The notes under the pieces: model-generated | What the model was told of the DNA's origin: nothing | Seen by the model: the letters and a program-made list of their open reading frames with translations, nothing else | Database searches by the model: none | Part shown: positions 18,479-28,285 of the stretch, one piece after another | Layout of the letters: the number at the start of each line of letters is the position of its first letter | How positions within the stretch are numbered: position 1 is the first letter of the stretch | Program-made: the position numbers and the translations under genes | Source of the DNA: Eubacteriales bacterium | GTDB taxonomy: Bacteria; Bacillota; Clostridia; Oscillospirales; UMGS1783 | Length of the DNA: 55,996 bases | NCBI GenBank assembly: GCA_045631845.1 | Contig: JAZQVM010000024.1 | Coordinates: 1-55,996 of the forward strand | Direction: 5' to 3'

Positions 18479-18480
18479 GG

Positions 18481-19791
18481 TTAGCGTTCCATGATCCAAA
18501 GTTTGAGAGGCTCAAATTCGACTGTGTATTTTTCAGACATATTGGGTAAGCGGTATTCTGTGTAGGATGTTATTTGTGACGATTCGTCTTTTTTTAATCC
18601 ATTGACAGGAAGTAAGATTTTGACGCTATCGACGAGAATATTACGGCAAATGACTTTTGCGATAAGAACTCCATCAACGACGAGAGGGGTAGAGGCTCCT
18701 TCGATTTCCGGCGGCGTGAAGTTGTTTTTAACGTCCACAGTTATCTCAAGGGTATCTTTGTTGTAGTTGACAGTGCCTGACAATTCAAGATTAGCAAATA
18801 ATTCGGTAGCAGAAACAGTGTCAAAATCTAATTTAAATTTGATTTTATTTAGGTCTGATTGAACTTGCTTAACTATTTTTAGTTGATGTTCCTGTTCTTT
18901 TGTGGTTGTATATTGCTCATTTTTAGCATAGGAAAGCAGTTTTTTGTTGGTTTCTATACGCTGAATGTTTCTTTCGGTAACTCCGGCGTTGCTCTCTTGT
19001 GTTTCCATTGCAGCCATAACGCCTGCAGCGGGTCCGCCAATCGCTTGCGCAAGTCCACCCATGATTGCCCAGTCTACGGGTTTTTCCCATTCGACAGGCT
19101 GGGAGTAATCATTTATTTCTTTTCCCAAGTCATATAATTTACGATTTATTTTAGTGAGTTTATTTTGTTCAGTTTCTAATATTTCAGAGAGCCAGTGAAT
19201 TCTTTTTTCATTTCCACGATGACGCATCAGACGAGATGCAAGGTCAATCACTTTCTGTTGTGTGTCATTCAAATTGGTGCGAATAGGTGTATTAAGCCGT
19301 TTCTGTTCACATCGTTCTTCTTCTTTTTTTCTTTCTATTTCCTTAATTTGTTCTGCTGTATACAGTTGCCTTCCTTGCTTGTAATAAGTGGTTAGTTTTT
19401 CTTCAGTTGAATATATATGGCTGTATTTGGTGGGAAGATTTTCTTGAGCCAAAAGATCTTCAATAATCAACTGTGCTCTTTTTAGTTCGGTGGGATTGGA
19501 AAAAGATGATAATTTGATGTGTTTGCAAATTTTATAAAATTCTAGGCAGGGAACCTTCCAGTGACCCTGTTCGATAAATAGTTCCCGCTCATGGCTTTTT
19601 TTTATTCCTTTACTTATAGATCCGGTCACAATACTGGCGATAATAGGGAGGATTGGTAATTCAAACCAAAGGACTAGAAAATACGCATCCTCCGGAGGTG
19701 GGCATGCAATGATTAAAAAAAAGCATAGTATAGCCATAAGCGCACACAGGATAGAGATAGTTCGTAAAATTCTTGAAGCTTTTGATTTCAT
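18481..19791 (-). CDS. Hypothetical membrane protein (2 N-terminal TM, coiled coil, glycine-zipper-like segment)
   Basis: 436-aa AT-rich ORF with AAGGAG RBS; WAIMGGLAQAIGGPAAGVMAA hydrophobic Gly/Ala segment. Confidence 0.75.
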   Translation of the reverse strand: MKSKASRILRTISILCALMAILCFFLIIACPPPEDAYFLVLWFELPILPIIASIVTGSISKGIKKSHERELFIEQGHWKVPCLEFYKICKHIKLSSFSNPTELKRAQLIIEDLLAQENLPTKYSHIYSTEEKLTTYYKQGRQLYTAEQIKEIERKKEEERCEQKRLNTPIRTNLNDTQQKVIDLASRLMRHRGNEKRIHWLSEILETEQNKLTKINRKLYDLGKEINDYSQPVEWEKPVDWAIMGGLAQAIGGPAAGVMAAMETQESNAGVTERNIQRIETNKKLLSYAKNEQYTTTKEQEHQLKIVKQVQSDLNKIKFKLDFDTVSATELFANLELSGTVNYNKDTLEITVDVKNNFTPPEIEGASTPLVVDGVLIAKVICRNILVDSVKILLPVNGLKKDESSQITSYTEYRLPNMSEKYTVEFEPLKLWIMER

Positions 19792-19816
19792 TGTTTCTGA
19801 TTCTCCTTAAAACGGC

Positions 19817-19977
19817 AAATAAAAAGTGCGCAGCCGAAGCTACGCACGAAAAACGCATGCTCCGATTGCTGCGACACAATTCCTGCCACTCTTGCGAGAA
19901 TGCACGAAAAGAGCATGTATTTTTACCGAAATAAAAATACAGACTCGCAAAAAATGGCAATATTGAATTGTGTCGCA
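19817..19977 (-). ncRNA. Putative structured leader/sRNA ending in an intrinsic terminator
   Basis: Nested inverted repeats 19870-19882/19965-19977, 19884-19888/19955-19959, 19892-19898/19944-19950 and 19916-19925/19932-19941; UUCG-capped hairpin 19826-19847 plus U tract; promoter directly upstream. Confidence 0.6.
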
Positions 19978-19982
19978 AATGT

Positions 19983-20011
19983 AGTGTATCACGAATTTTC
20001 GAAAAAAGCAA
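19983..20011 (-). promoter_or_regulatory. Promoter for the structured leader
   Basis: TTGCTT (20006-20011), 17 nt, TACACT (19983-19988) with extended TG. Confidence 0.55.
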
Positions 20012-20013
20012 GC

Positions 20014-20039
20014 AAGACGGAAGAGAATTCTTCCGTCTT
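20014..20039 (-). terminator. Terminator of spoIVB
   Basis: AAGACGGAAGA-GAAT-TCTTCCGTCTT. Confidence 0.65.
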
Positions 20040-20046
20040 ATAAGAA

Positions 20047-21090
20047 TTAGGAGAGGTCGTCGGCGTCGAGCATATGGCCGATGTAGATGCCGTAGCCGGT
20101 GGTCGGGTCGCCGATGAGGACGTGGGTGAGAGCGCCGATGATGCGCCCGTCCTGCAGGATGGGGGAGCCGCTCATGCCCTGCACGATGCCGCCGGTGATG
20201 GCGAGCAAGTCTTTATCGGTAATGCGGATGACATAGTTTTTGGTGTCGTTGCCTTTCAGATCCATTTTCTCAATGGTGATATGATAATCCTTGGTGGTAA
20301 AGCCGTCTACAGTGGAACGGATGGTGGCCGCTCCCGTGTGGATCTGATCGGCGGTGGCCACCGGAAATTCCTCATTGTTTAGTAAGGCGTTGCCGGTAAT
20401 GGTGCCGAAGACGCCTTGATTGCTGTTAATATCCAACGAGCCGTAGCGGGCATCTTCGACAAAGGCGCCCTTTAATTGGCCGGGTTTGCCTTTTTGACCG
20501 GGGACGACGGAGCCGATATAGGCTTGCAGGACATCACCGTCGGCAAGGGGCATCAACTGGCCGGTATCGACGTCGGAGATGCCGTGTCCCAGTGCACCGA
20601 AGCGGCGGTTGAGCGGGTCGATGTAGGTAACGGTACCGACGCCGGCCGTACTGTCACGCACCCATAGTCCCAGTTTATAGGCTTTCTGTACGGTGCTGTA
20701 AAGGGGTGTGACCGAGAGGGTGTTTACCTTGCCCGAACGGGAATATTCGATCGTTAAGGCATTGCCGTTTGAAGCCTGTACCAATTCGGAGATGTCGTTG
20801 TTGGTGGATACGATTTGATTGTTGATGGACAGAATAATATCGCCCACGCGAAGTCCTGCCGTTTTGGCAGGGTTACACATGCCCGTTTCGGTTTCAAAGG
20901 CGCTCATGTCCACCACCATAACGCCTTGGGTGTAGAATTTCACGCCAAAGGTCTGGCCGCCGATGAGTAGGGTTTGCGGCTGGTGTTTTTGGTTTATGGT
21001 GGCAATGGGAGCGGGACTGACGGTATTGATAAACAGCGCCGCAAAGGAAAGGGCGCTGACCAGAATCATAAGAAATTTTTTCCGTTTCAT
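20047..21090 (-). CDS. spoIVB: SpoIVB peptidase (S55)
   Basis: PDZ domain, GLWVRDSTAGVGT, ALGHGI, GGIVQGMSGSPI and GALTHV; start MKRKK after GAGGT. Confidence 0.96.
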   Translation of the reverse strand: MKRKKFLMILVSALSFAALFINTVSPAPIATINQKHQPQTLLIGGQTFGVKFYTQGVMVVDMSAFETETGMCNPAKTAGLRVGDIILSINNQIVSTNNDISELVQASNGNALTIEYSRSGKVNTLSVTPLYSTVQKAYKLGLWVRDSTAGVGTVTYIDPLNRRFGALGHGISDVDTGQLMPLADGDVLQAYIGSVVPGQKGKPGQLKGAFVEDARYGSLDINSNQGVFGTITGNALLNNEEFPVATADQIHTGAATIRSTVDGFTTKDYHITIEKMDLKGNDTKNYVIRITDKDLLAITGGIVQGMSGSPILQDGRIIGALTHVLIGDPTTGYGIYIGHMLDADDLS

Positions 21091-21267
21091 AATTACCTCA
21101 CTTTCTGCTTTTTTAGTGTTTGCTTTTTGTGTGACGTTATGCGCTTGGTAAAAATACACAAAAGTGGGCATGAAAAATAATGGAAATTTGTTTATTTTAA
21201 CGGTATCTTTTTCGAAATTTCTGTGGTATCATAGTAATACCAAGTAAATAAAGAGGGAGGTAGATAT

Positions 21268-21531
21268 ATGGTATCCGGAAAGGTAACGGCTGCAAACCAA
21301 ATTGGGTTACATGCTCGTCCGGCAACAGCGTTTGTACAAAAGGCCAATGAATTTAAATCTTCCATCTGGATTGAAAAGGATGAGCGGCATGTCAATGCCA
21401 AGTCGCTGTTGGGCGTATTGTCTATGGGCGTTGTGCAGAATACCGAGTTTACGATTATTGCTGACGGCGTAGATGAAGAAAACGCTTTGGCTGAATTGAT
21501 TGCTTTGGTAGAAAATAAGTTAGGTGAATGA
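21268..21531 (+). CDS. ptsH: Phosphocarrier protein HPr
   Basis: GLHARPA (His15) and VNAKSLLGVLS (Ser46). Confidence 0.93.
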   Translation: MVSGKVTAANQIGLHARPATAFVQKANEFKSSIWIEKDERHVNAKSLLGVLSMGVVQNTEFTIIADGVDEENALAELIALVENKLGE

Positions 21532-21534
21532 GGA

Positions 21535-21564
21535 TATGCCCCAAGAGCTTGGGGCATATTTTTT
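21535..21564 (+). terminator. Terminator between ptsH and uvrC
   Basis: ATATGCCCCAAG-A-GCTTGGGGCATAT followed by a T tract. Confidence 0.65.
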
Positions 21565-21569
21565 AAGAA

Positions 21570-23387
21570 ATGACATACAAAGAGTTAGGCGAAAAAGCGC
21601 TGGGGCTTCCCGAAGAACCCGGTGTATATCTGATGAAAAATGAAGAGGGCAAGGTTATCTATGTAGGCAAGGCCATCGTGTTGCGGCGGCGTGTCTACAG
21701 TTATTTCAGTACGCCCGAAAAGCATACGCCCAAAACGGCGGCGCTGGTATCACATATTCGGGATTTTGATGTGATCGTGGCCAAAAGCCAACTGGAAGCC
21801 CTTCTTTTAGAAAATAATCTCATCAAAAAAAATAAGCCGAAATATAATATTTTACTCAAGGACGATAAGGGGTATCCCTTTATCCGTTTAACAACGGGGG
21901 AGTATCCGCAGTTGAAACTGGCCCGCAAACTGGGCGAGGAGGGCGAATATTTCGGGCCCTTTTACGGTTCCCGTTCGGCCAAGTCCATCATTGAGGCGGC
22001 CAACCGTGCCTTTCGGTTACCGACCTGCAACAATCCCTTGCCCCGTAAAGGGCGAAAGCCATGCCTCAATTATTGCATCGGGCGGTGTATGGGTCCTTGC
22101 AGCGGGGCGGTAACACGGGATTCTTATTTGGCGGCGGTGGCGTCTGCCAAGGAGTTTCTGAAAGGGGACATCCATGAGATTTTAGAGAGTACGCAGACAC
22201 AGATGGAGCAGGCGGCCGAAATGCTGGAATTTGAGCGTGCGGCCATGCTGCGGGATCGACTCAAAGCCATTCGCTCCATTTTGGAGAAGCAGACGGTGGC
22301 CAGCGATAAGACCCTGTCGGGCGACTATCTGACGGTGCTGACCGGTGAGCAACTCAGTGCCATATACTTATTGCGTGTGGACGGTGGGATGCTGGTGGGG
22401 AAGCACAGCCATACCGTTAAAAAAGAGGAGATTGATAGCGAATCTTCCTATATAAATGAATATTTAAAGGTCTATTACGGCGATGACCCGTCCCGTATTC
22501 CGCGGCGAGTGGTGTGCGGGGTGTTGCCCGATGAGCGGGAGATGCTGGCCGAGTATCTATCGGCGCTGGCGGATAAGCGGGTGCAGGTGATCGAGCCTTA
22601 CCGTACCGAGGATAAGCAGCTGGTGGCTATGGCGTTGCGCAATGCTAAGGAAGAGTTAATCATTCGTGAGGGTAAGACGCAAGAGCATGAACGGGCCATG
22701 TTTGAGTTGTCGCAACTGTTGGGTATTGCCGAGCTTGAAAGTATTGAGATTTACGATATTTCGCATCAGTCGGGCACGGACGTGGTGTGCGGCATGGCCG
22801 TTTACGGCCGCCGTGGTTTTCTGAAAGATCGCTATAAGAAATTCCGCATCGCTACCGATGCCAATGATGATTGCGGGTGTATGAAAGAGGCGGTCTCTCG
22901 CCGTTTTGGGCGGTATCTGGACGGGGACGAGTCCTTTGCGCCTTTGCCCAGCGTCATTTTTGCCGACGGTGCTTTGCCGCAGGTGCGGGCGGTGCGACAG
23001 GCCCTTAATGAATTGGGATTGTATCTGCCCATCTTTGGTTTGAAGAAGGATAATCGGCATCGCACCAAGTCGCTGGTGTTTGAGGATGGGCGTGAGGTCA
23101 TGCTGTATAAATATCCGCAGATCTTCCCCCTGTGCGGGCGGATGCAGGAGGAGGCGCATCGGTTCGCCATCACCTACCATGCGGCCGCCGCCAGACGCCG
23201 TTCGCTGGAGAGTATGTTTACCGCCGTTGAGGGGATCGGTAAGGCACGAGCCAATGCCATCTTGAAGCATTTTAAGACCCTGTCGGCTATCAAAGCGGCC
23301 TCGGTAGAGGAGTTGGCGCAGGTCAAAGGTATGAGTCAAACAACGGCACAAAAGTTATATATTTGGTTGCGTGAGCAATTTCCTTAA
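21570..23387 (+). CDS. uvrC: Excinuclease ABC subunit C
   Basis: PGVYLM, IYVGKA (GIY-YIG), KPKYNILLKDDK, FERAA.LRD, YDISH and C-terminal HhH motifs. Confidence 0.96.
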   Translation: MTYKELGEKALGLPEEPGVYLMKNEEGKVIYVGKAIVLRRRVYSYFSTPEKHTPKTAALVSHIRDFDVIVAKSQLEALLLENNLIKKNKPKYNILLKDDKGYPFIRLTTGEYPQLKLARKLGEEGEYFGPFYGSRSAKSIIEAANRAFRLPTCNNPLPRKGRKPCLNYCIGRCMGPCSGAVTRDSYLAAVASAKEFLKGDIHEILESTQTQMEQAAEMLEFERAAMLRDRLKAIRSILEKQTVASDKTLSGDYLTVLTGEQLSAIYLLRVDGGMLVGKHSHTVKKEEIDSESSYINEYLKVYYGDDPSRIPRRVVCGVLPDEREMLAEYLSALADKRVQVIEPYRTEDKQLVAMALRNAKEELIIREGKTQEHERAMFELSQLLGIAELESIEIYDISHQSGTDVVCGMAVYGRRGFLKDRYKKFRIATDANDDCGCMKEAVSRRFGRYLDGDESFAPLPSVIFADGALPQVRAVRQALNELGLYLPIFGLKKDNRHRTKSLVFEDGREVMLYKYPQIFPLCGRMQEEAHRFAITYHAAAARRRSLESMFTAVEGIGKARANAILKHFKTLSAIKAASVEELAQVKGMSQTTAQKLYIWLREQFP

Positions 23388-23414
23388 ATTCTGTAAAAAT
23401 ATACAGAAATTTGC

Positions 23415-23482
23415 TTGACAAACCCCTAAAAAGGGTGTATTATACTGCATAATGAATAAAAACTTATGCATACTTATGCATA
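23415..23482 (+). promoter_or_regulatory. argGH promoter with ARG box(es)
   Basis: TTGACA (23415-23420), 17 nt, TATTAT; palindromic TATGCATACTTATGCATA (23465-23482) and a weaker tandem box at 23444-23461, 3 bp apart as for ArgR/AhrC sites. Confidence 0.75.
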
Positions 23483-23496
23483 AAAAGGAGCAAAAA

Positions 23497-24711
23497 ATGG
23501 ATAAATCTCAAATCAAAAAAGTAGTATTGGCCTATTCGGGCGGATTGGATACCTCGATCATCATTCCTTGGCTGAAAGAGAACTACAACAATTGTGAAGT
23601 TATTGCCGTTTCGGGTAACGTCGGACAGGCTGACGAGTTGGAGGGTCTGGAAGAAAAGGCCATCAAAACGGGCGCATCCAAATTGTATGTTTTGGACTTG
23701 ACCGATGATTATGTAGATAACTACATCATTCCCACCATGAAGGCGGGCGCGGTGTATGAAGAATATCTGCTGGGTACCAGCCATGCCCGTCCTTGCATTG
23801 CCAAGGCACTGGTAGATATCGCGATTAAAGAGGGCGCCGATGCCATTGCTCACGGTTGTACCGGTAAGGGCAACGATCAGGTGCGTTTTGAGCTGACCAT
23901 TAAGGCGTTTGCTCCCAATATGCCCATCATCGCTCCTTGGCGTGAGTGGGATATCAAGTCCCGTGATGAGGAGATTGAGTATGCCGAGGCGCATGACATT
24001 CCCCTCAAGATTAGCAGAGAGACCAACTATTCCAAGGATAAGAACCTGTGGCACCTCTCCCATGAGGGTCTGGATCTGGAAGATACCGGCAACGAGCCGC
24101 AGTATGAGAAGGAAGGCTTCCTGGAGATGGGCATTTCGCCCCTGCAGGCGCCCGATGTTCCCACCTATATCACCCTTGACTTTGAGCAGGGTGTGCCTGT
24201 AGCTCTCAACGATGAGAAGATGAGTGCTAAGAATATCATTCTCAAGCTCAATGAGATCGGCGGCGCCAACGGTATCGGTATTCTCGATATTGTTGAGAAC
24301 CGTTTGGTCGGTATGAAGTGTCGTGGCGTGTATGAAACGCCGGGCGGCACGATTCTGTATAAGGCACACAGCGTGCTCGAGCAGATCTGCCTGGACAAGA
24401 TGACCATGCATGAGAAGCAAAGACTGTCGGTTACCTTTGCCGAATTGGTTTACAACGGCCAGTGGTTTACGCCCTTGCGTGAGGCCTTGTCTGCTTTTGT
24501 GGATAAGACGCAGGAGAAGGTTACCGGTAAGGTTCGCCTGAAACTGTATAAGGGCAATATGATCAATGCCGGTGTATGGAGTCCGTACAGCCTGTATAGT
24601 GAGGAGATCGCCACCTTCGGTGAGAGCGATTACAACCAGCAGGATGCTGAGGGCTTTATCAACCTGTTCGGTCTGCCCATCAAGGTGCAGGCCATGGTGG
24701 ATGGCAAATAA
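23497..24711 (+). CDS. argG: Argininosuccinate synthase
   Basis: [26 protein letters not shown] and [17 protein letters not shown]; RBS AAGGAG. Confidence 0.98.
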   Translation: MDKSQIKKVVLAYSGGLDTSIIIPWLKENYNNCEVIAVSGNVGQADELEGLEEKAIKTGASKLYVLDLTDDYVDNYIIPTMKAGAVYEEYLLGTSHARPCIAKALVDIAIKEGADAIAHGCTGKGNDQVRFELTIKAFAPNMPIIAPWREWDIKSRDEEIEYAEAHDIPLKISRETNYSKDKNLWHLSHEGLDLEDTGNEPQYEKEGFLEMGISPLQAPDVPTYITLDFEQGVPVALNDEKMSAKNIILKLNEIGGANGIGILDIVENRLVGMKCRGVYETPGGTILYKAHSVLEQICLDKMTMHEKQRLSVTFAELVYNGQWFTPLREALSAFVDKTQEKVTGKVRLKLYKGNMINAGVWSPYSLYSEEIATFGESDYNQQDAEGFINLFGLPIKVQAMVDGK

Positions 24712-24729
24712 GTTTTTTGGAGTAGGATT

Positions 24730-26100
24730 ATGGCAAAGTTGTGGGCCGGCCGAACCGACGGCACAACCGAACAATTAGCAGACGATTTTAATTCCTCCAT
24801 CGGGTTTGATTCCCGTATGTATAAAGAGGACATTACCGGCAGTATGGCGCACGCCATGATGCTGGGCGCTACCGGCATCATCAGCCAAACCGATGCCGAA
24901 ACCCTTATCGGCGGCTTGGAACAGATTCTGGCCGATATCGAAAGCGGGGCTTTGGCCATTGATATGTCCTGCGAAGATATCCATATGTTTGTCGAGGAAG
25001 TGCTGACCGAGCGGCTGGGGGATGTAGGCAAGAAACTGCATACTGCCCGTAGCCGTAACGATCAGGTGGCGCTCGATCTGCGGATGTATCTGCGTGGACA
25101 GATCGACGGGATGATCGCGGCGCTCAAGTCCTTTATCGGGGTGTTGGCCGATCAGGCCGATGCCTATAAAACGGCCGTTATGCCGGGGTATACCCATCTG
25201 CAACGGGCGCAACCCATCTTCTTCGGGCATCACTTGATGGCCTATGCTATGATGCTTTCACGGGATATTGAGCGTTTGCAGGATTGCCGCAAGCGGCTCA
25301 ACGTGTCGCCCATCGGCTGTTGTGCGCTGGCGGGGACGACCTATGCGACCGACCGTAAATTAGAGGCCGAAAAACTTGGGTTTGACGATATTTGCCGCAA
25401 CTCCTTGGACGGTGTCTCCGATCGGGATTTTGCGGTGGAGATGTTGGCCGACATGGCCACCCTTATGATGCACCTATCCCGCTTTGCCGAGGAAGTGATT
25501 CTGTGGTCAAGTTGGGAGTTTAAGTTTGTGGAGTTGAGCGATGCCTATACCACCGGCTCGTCCATCATGCCCCAAAAGAAGAACCCCGATATGGCCGAAC
25601 TCATCCGAGGCAAGACCGGTCGTGTCTACGGTGATCTGATGGGATTGCTCACTACCCTTAAGGGACTGCCGCTGGCCTACAATAAGGATATGCAAGAGGA
25701 TAAGGAGTGCATCTTTGATGCCTGCGATACCGTCAATATGTGTATCCCCGTTTTTGAGGGTATGATCGCTACCATGAAGGTCAATACCGATCGCATGAAG
25801 CAGGCGGCGGGCGAGGGCTTTATTAACGCCACCGATCTGGCCGACTATCTGGTTAAAAAAGGTCTGCCCTTCCGTAGTGCTTATAAAATTTCGGGACAGA
25901 TCGTGGCTCATTGTATCGCCACCAAGCAGACTTTGGAGAGTATGAAACTTGCCGAGTATCAGTCGTTTAGTGAGTTATTTGAGCAGGATTTGTATGGGGA
26001 TATTGACTTGACGGCCTGCGCCGAGAAGCGCTCCAGCGAGGGCGGCACTTCGGTGGCCTCCATCGAAGCCCAAATTGCCTACATGAAAAATAAACTTTGA
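24730..26100 (+). CDS. argH: Argininosuccinate lyase
   Basis: LHTARSRNDQ, MPGYTHLQRAQP and TGSSIMPQKKNPD. Confidence 0.98.
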   Translation: MAKLWAGRTDGTTEQLADDFNSSIGFDSRMYKEDITGSMAHAMMLGATGIISQTDAETLIGGLEQILADIESGALAIDMSCEDIHMFVEEVLTERLGDVGKKLHTARSRNDQVALDLRMYLRGQIDGMIAALKSFIGVLADQADAYKTAVMPGYTHLQRAQPIFFGHHLMAYAMMLSRDIERLQDCRKRLNVSPIGCCALAGTTYATDRKLEAEKLGFDDICRNSLDGVSDRDFAVEMLADMATLMMHLSRFAEEVILWSSWEFKFVELSDAYTTGSSIMPQKKNPDMAELIRGKTGRVYGDLMGLLTTLKGLPLAYNKDMQEDKECIFDACDTVNMCIPVFEGMIATMKVNTDRMKQAAGEGFINATDLADYLVKKGLPFRSAYKISGQIVAHCIATKQTLESMKLAEYQSFSELFEQDLYGDIDLTACAEKRSSEGGTSVASIEAQIAYMKNKL

Positions 26101-26106
26101 ATAAAG

Positions 26107-26139
26107 AATTTCGCGTTGGTTACAGCGCGAAATTTTTTT
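26107..26139 (+). terminator. Terminator of argGH
   Basis: AATTTCGCG...CGCGAAATT followed by a T tract. Confidence 0.65.
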
Positions 26140-26256
26140 GTGCAATAGTGTGAATTTGGTATGGTTTTCCAAAAGCAAATTTCTCACTCCTCGTCAATAG
26201 ACAAAACAGGGAAGATATGGTATAATAAAAACATAAAAACAAAGGAGGCTGGTAGT

Positions 26257-27258
26257 ATGAAAAGAATATTGGCATTGGTTGTTGTGTTAGGGTTCGTGCT
26301 GGGACTTGGCGGATGCGCCGGCCTCTTTGAGTCGGAAAATGAGGTCAAAATTGCCATTGGCATGGGCAGTAATAACCATCCCGTACACCGCATTGTGCAG
26401 TATGGCTTTGACAAAGGGATTGAGCACCATTGCGCAACCAAGATCGATGCGACCATGAACGAAGGCTCGGCGCAGGAATTGATGGCAAAGTATGAATGGG
26501 CTGTTGTCGAAGAAAAGGCTGAAGGCATGTTGCTTTGGTCGGGCGATGATATGTTCTATCAATTCATGCGGGACATGAAGAAGGAACACGGCACCGAATT
26601 TGTCGTGCCGCACTTTGCGCATGAGTATGTGGACACCAAGGACTTTATTGCGGCCAATCCTCATTATGATGACCGTATGATGGGAGAAATGGCGGCCGAT
26701 ATCTTGGTAGAAGCCTTGCACGCCAAGGGCATTACCTCGGGTTCGATCGGCAATACGCAGGCGGGTGCCGGCGTGACAGACAATGCGGCTTCGGCTGCTT
26801 TCCGTCACCGTTTGAAGGAGATCGCTCCTCAATTTCGTGTGACGGATGTGGTGTTTGAGGGGCTGGAACTGAGTGCCGCCGCTATAAAAATAGTAGGAAT
26901 TATAAATTCTTATCCGGACATTGTCGGCGCCTTCGGGACGACGGGCGGGAGTGCCCAGTCTTGGACCAAGGCGATGGAGGATACCGGGCGCACCGATTTA
27001 GTGGTCATTGCCGTGGATTTCACCGAGGCGAATTTGGACGTATTGGAAAATGGCCCGATTACCGGACTGATGTGCACGCCCCTGTATGATGAGGGGTATA
27101 ACAGTGTGGGCATCCTGCATGACGTCATCAACGGCAAGTCCTACAATCAAACCAAGGAAGATTGGGATATTGTCTATGACGTGGTCGGACTGACCAAGGA
27201 CAGCGACCTGACGCCTTATCATGACCTGATCGATAAAATGAAGGAGAATCTGTCATGA
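26257..27258 (+). CDS. Sugar ABC-type substrate-binding lipoprotein (RbsB/Peripla_BP_4-like)
   Basis: Lipobox LGGC; periplasmic binding protein type I pattern (YPDIVGAFG, VIAVD, LYDEGY); RBS AAGGAGG. Confidence 0.8.
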   Translation: MKRILALVVVLGFVLGLGGCAGLFESENEVKIAIGMGSNNHPVHRIVQYGFDKGIEHHCATKIDATMNEGSAQELMAKYEWAVVEEKAEGMLLWSGDDMFYQFMRDMKKEHGTEFVVPHFAHEYVDTKDFIAANPHYDDRMMGEMAADILVEALHAKGITSGSIGNTQAGAGVTDNAASAAFRHRLKEIAPQFRVTDVVFEGLELSAAAIKIVGIINSYPDIVGAFGTTGGSAQSWTKAMEDTGRTDLVVIAVDFTEANLDVLENGPITGLMCTPLYDEGYNSVGILHDVINGKSYNQTKEDWDIVYDVVGLTKDSDLTPYHDLIDKMKENLS

Positions 27259-28253
27259 AGCGGATCGTAGCCGGGTTATTGATTCTGTGTTTTCTGCTCT
27301 TGTTTGGCTGTTCACCCAAGCCTGCACCGATGCCCGGGGTGATTTCACATAAAATTGCGCTCGGCATGGGCAGTATGAATCATCCGATACATCGCATGGT
27401 GCAGCACGGCTTTTTTGAGGGAGCGGCCAATGTGAGCGCCGATGCGGCCATTGTTGGGCTGGACGAAGGCTCGGCCAAGGATCTGCAGGAGAAATGGAAA
27501 TTCAGTCTTGAGAACAATGACGTGCAGGGGATGCTCCTGTGGTCGGGCGACGATACCTTTTACCAGTTCATGCGGGAGATGAAGAAGGAGCACGGCACCG
27601 TCTTTGTCATTCCTCATTTTCAGCATGAGTATATGGATACCAAGGATTTTATTTCGGCTAACCTTTATGTGTCGGGTCGTAAACTGGGAGAAACGGCGGC
27701 CGATCAGATGATCGAAGCCCTTGCCGAGCAAGGGATTACTTCGGGCAGTATCGGTATTACCCGGACGGGGGATATCACCGATGCCATCTGTGACGGCTTT
27801 CGTGACCGCATAGCCGAGATGGCGCCGCAATTTACCGTCTTACCGCAGGTATTCGGCAGTTTGGAGGTAAATCATACTGCCCTGAAACTGGTTCCGTTAA
27901 TCGAAGATAACCTCAATCTTGTGGGCGGGTTTGCGTCCCATGACGGTGATACGCAGGCGTGGGTGATGGCGGCAGAGCAGACCCAGCGCACCGATCTTGT
28001 ACTGGTCGGCGTTGACTATTCTGAAATTACCATGGAAGCCCTGAAAGAAGGTATGGTTTGCGCACTGGTGAGTAGCGATCTCTACCGCACCGGCTATGAA
28101 GGTGCCAAGACATTGGTTCGGATCCTCGGCGGCGATGCGCCCAAGACCGAGGAGGAGTGGCGGCAGACCTTTGATCCCGTTGTCATTACCCAGACGCAAA
28201 ACTATCAGCGGTATCGCGATATTGTGGATGCCGTCGTCAATTCATATACATAA
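27255..28253 (+). CDS. Second, paralogous sugar-binding lipoprotein
   Basis: Lipobox LFGC; shares GMLLWSGDD.FYQFMR.MKKEHGT and HEY.DTKDFI.AN with the upstream gene; ATGA overlap. Confidence 0.8.
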   Translation: MKRIVAGLLILCFLLLFGCSPKPAPMPGVISHKIALGMGSMNHPIHRMVQHGFFEGAANVSADAAIVGLDEGSAKDLQEKWKFSLENNDVQGMLLWSGDDTFYQFMREMKKEHGTVFVIPHFQHEYMDTKDFISANLYVSGRKLGETAADQMIEALAEQGITSGSIGITRTGDITDAICDGFRDRIAEMAPQFTVLPQVFGSLEVNHTALKLVPLIEDNLNLVGGFASHDGDTQAWVMAAEQTQRTDLVLVGVDYSEITMEALKEGMVCALVSSDLYRTGYEGAKTLVRILGGDAPKTEEEWRQTFDPVVITQTQNYQRYRDIVDAVVNSYT

Positions 28254-28254
28254 G

Positions 28255-28282
28255 AAAACGCAGGGAATTCCCCTGCGTTTTT
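28255..28282 (+). terminator. Intrinsic terminator
   Basis: AAAACGCAGGG-AATTC-CCCTGCGTTTTT. Confidence 0.7.
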
Positions 28283-28285
28283 GGC

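Noticed and set aside
23464-24774. 436-aa antisense ORF over argG
   Set aside because: Shadow frame caused by codon bias of a conserved gene; no motifs.
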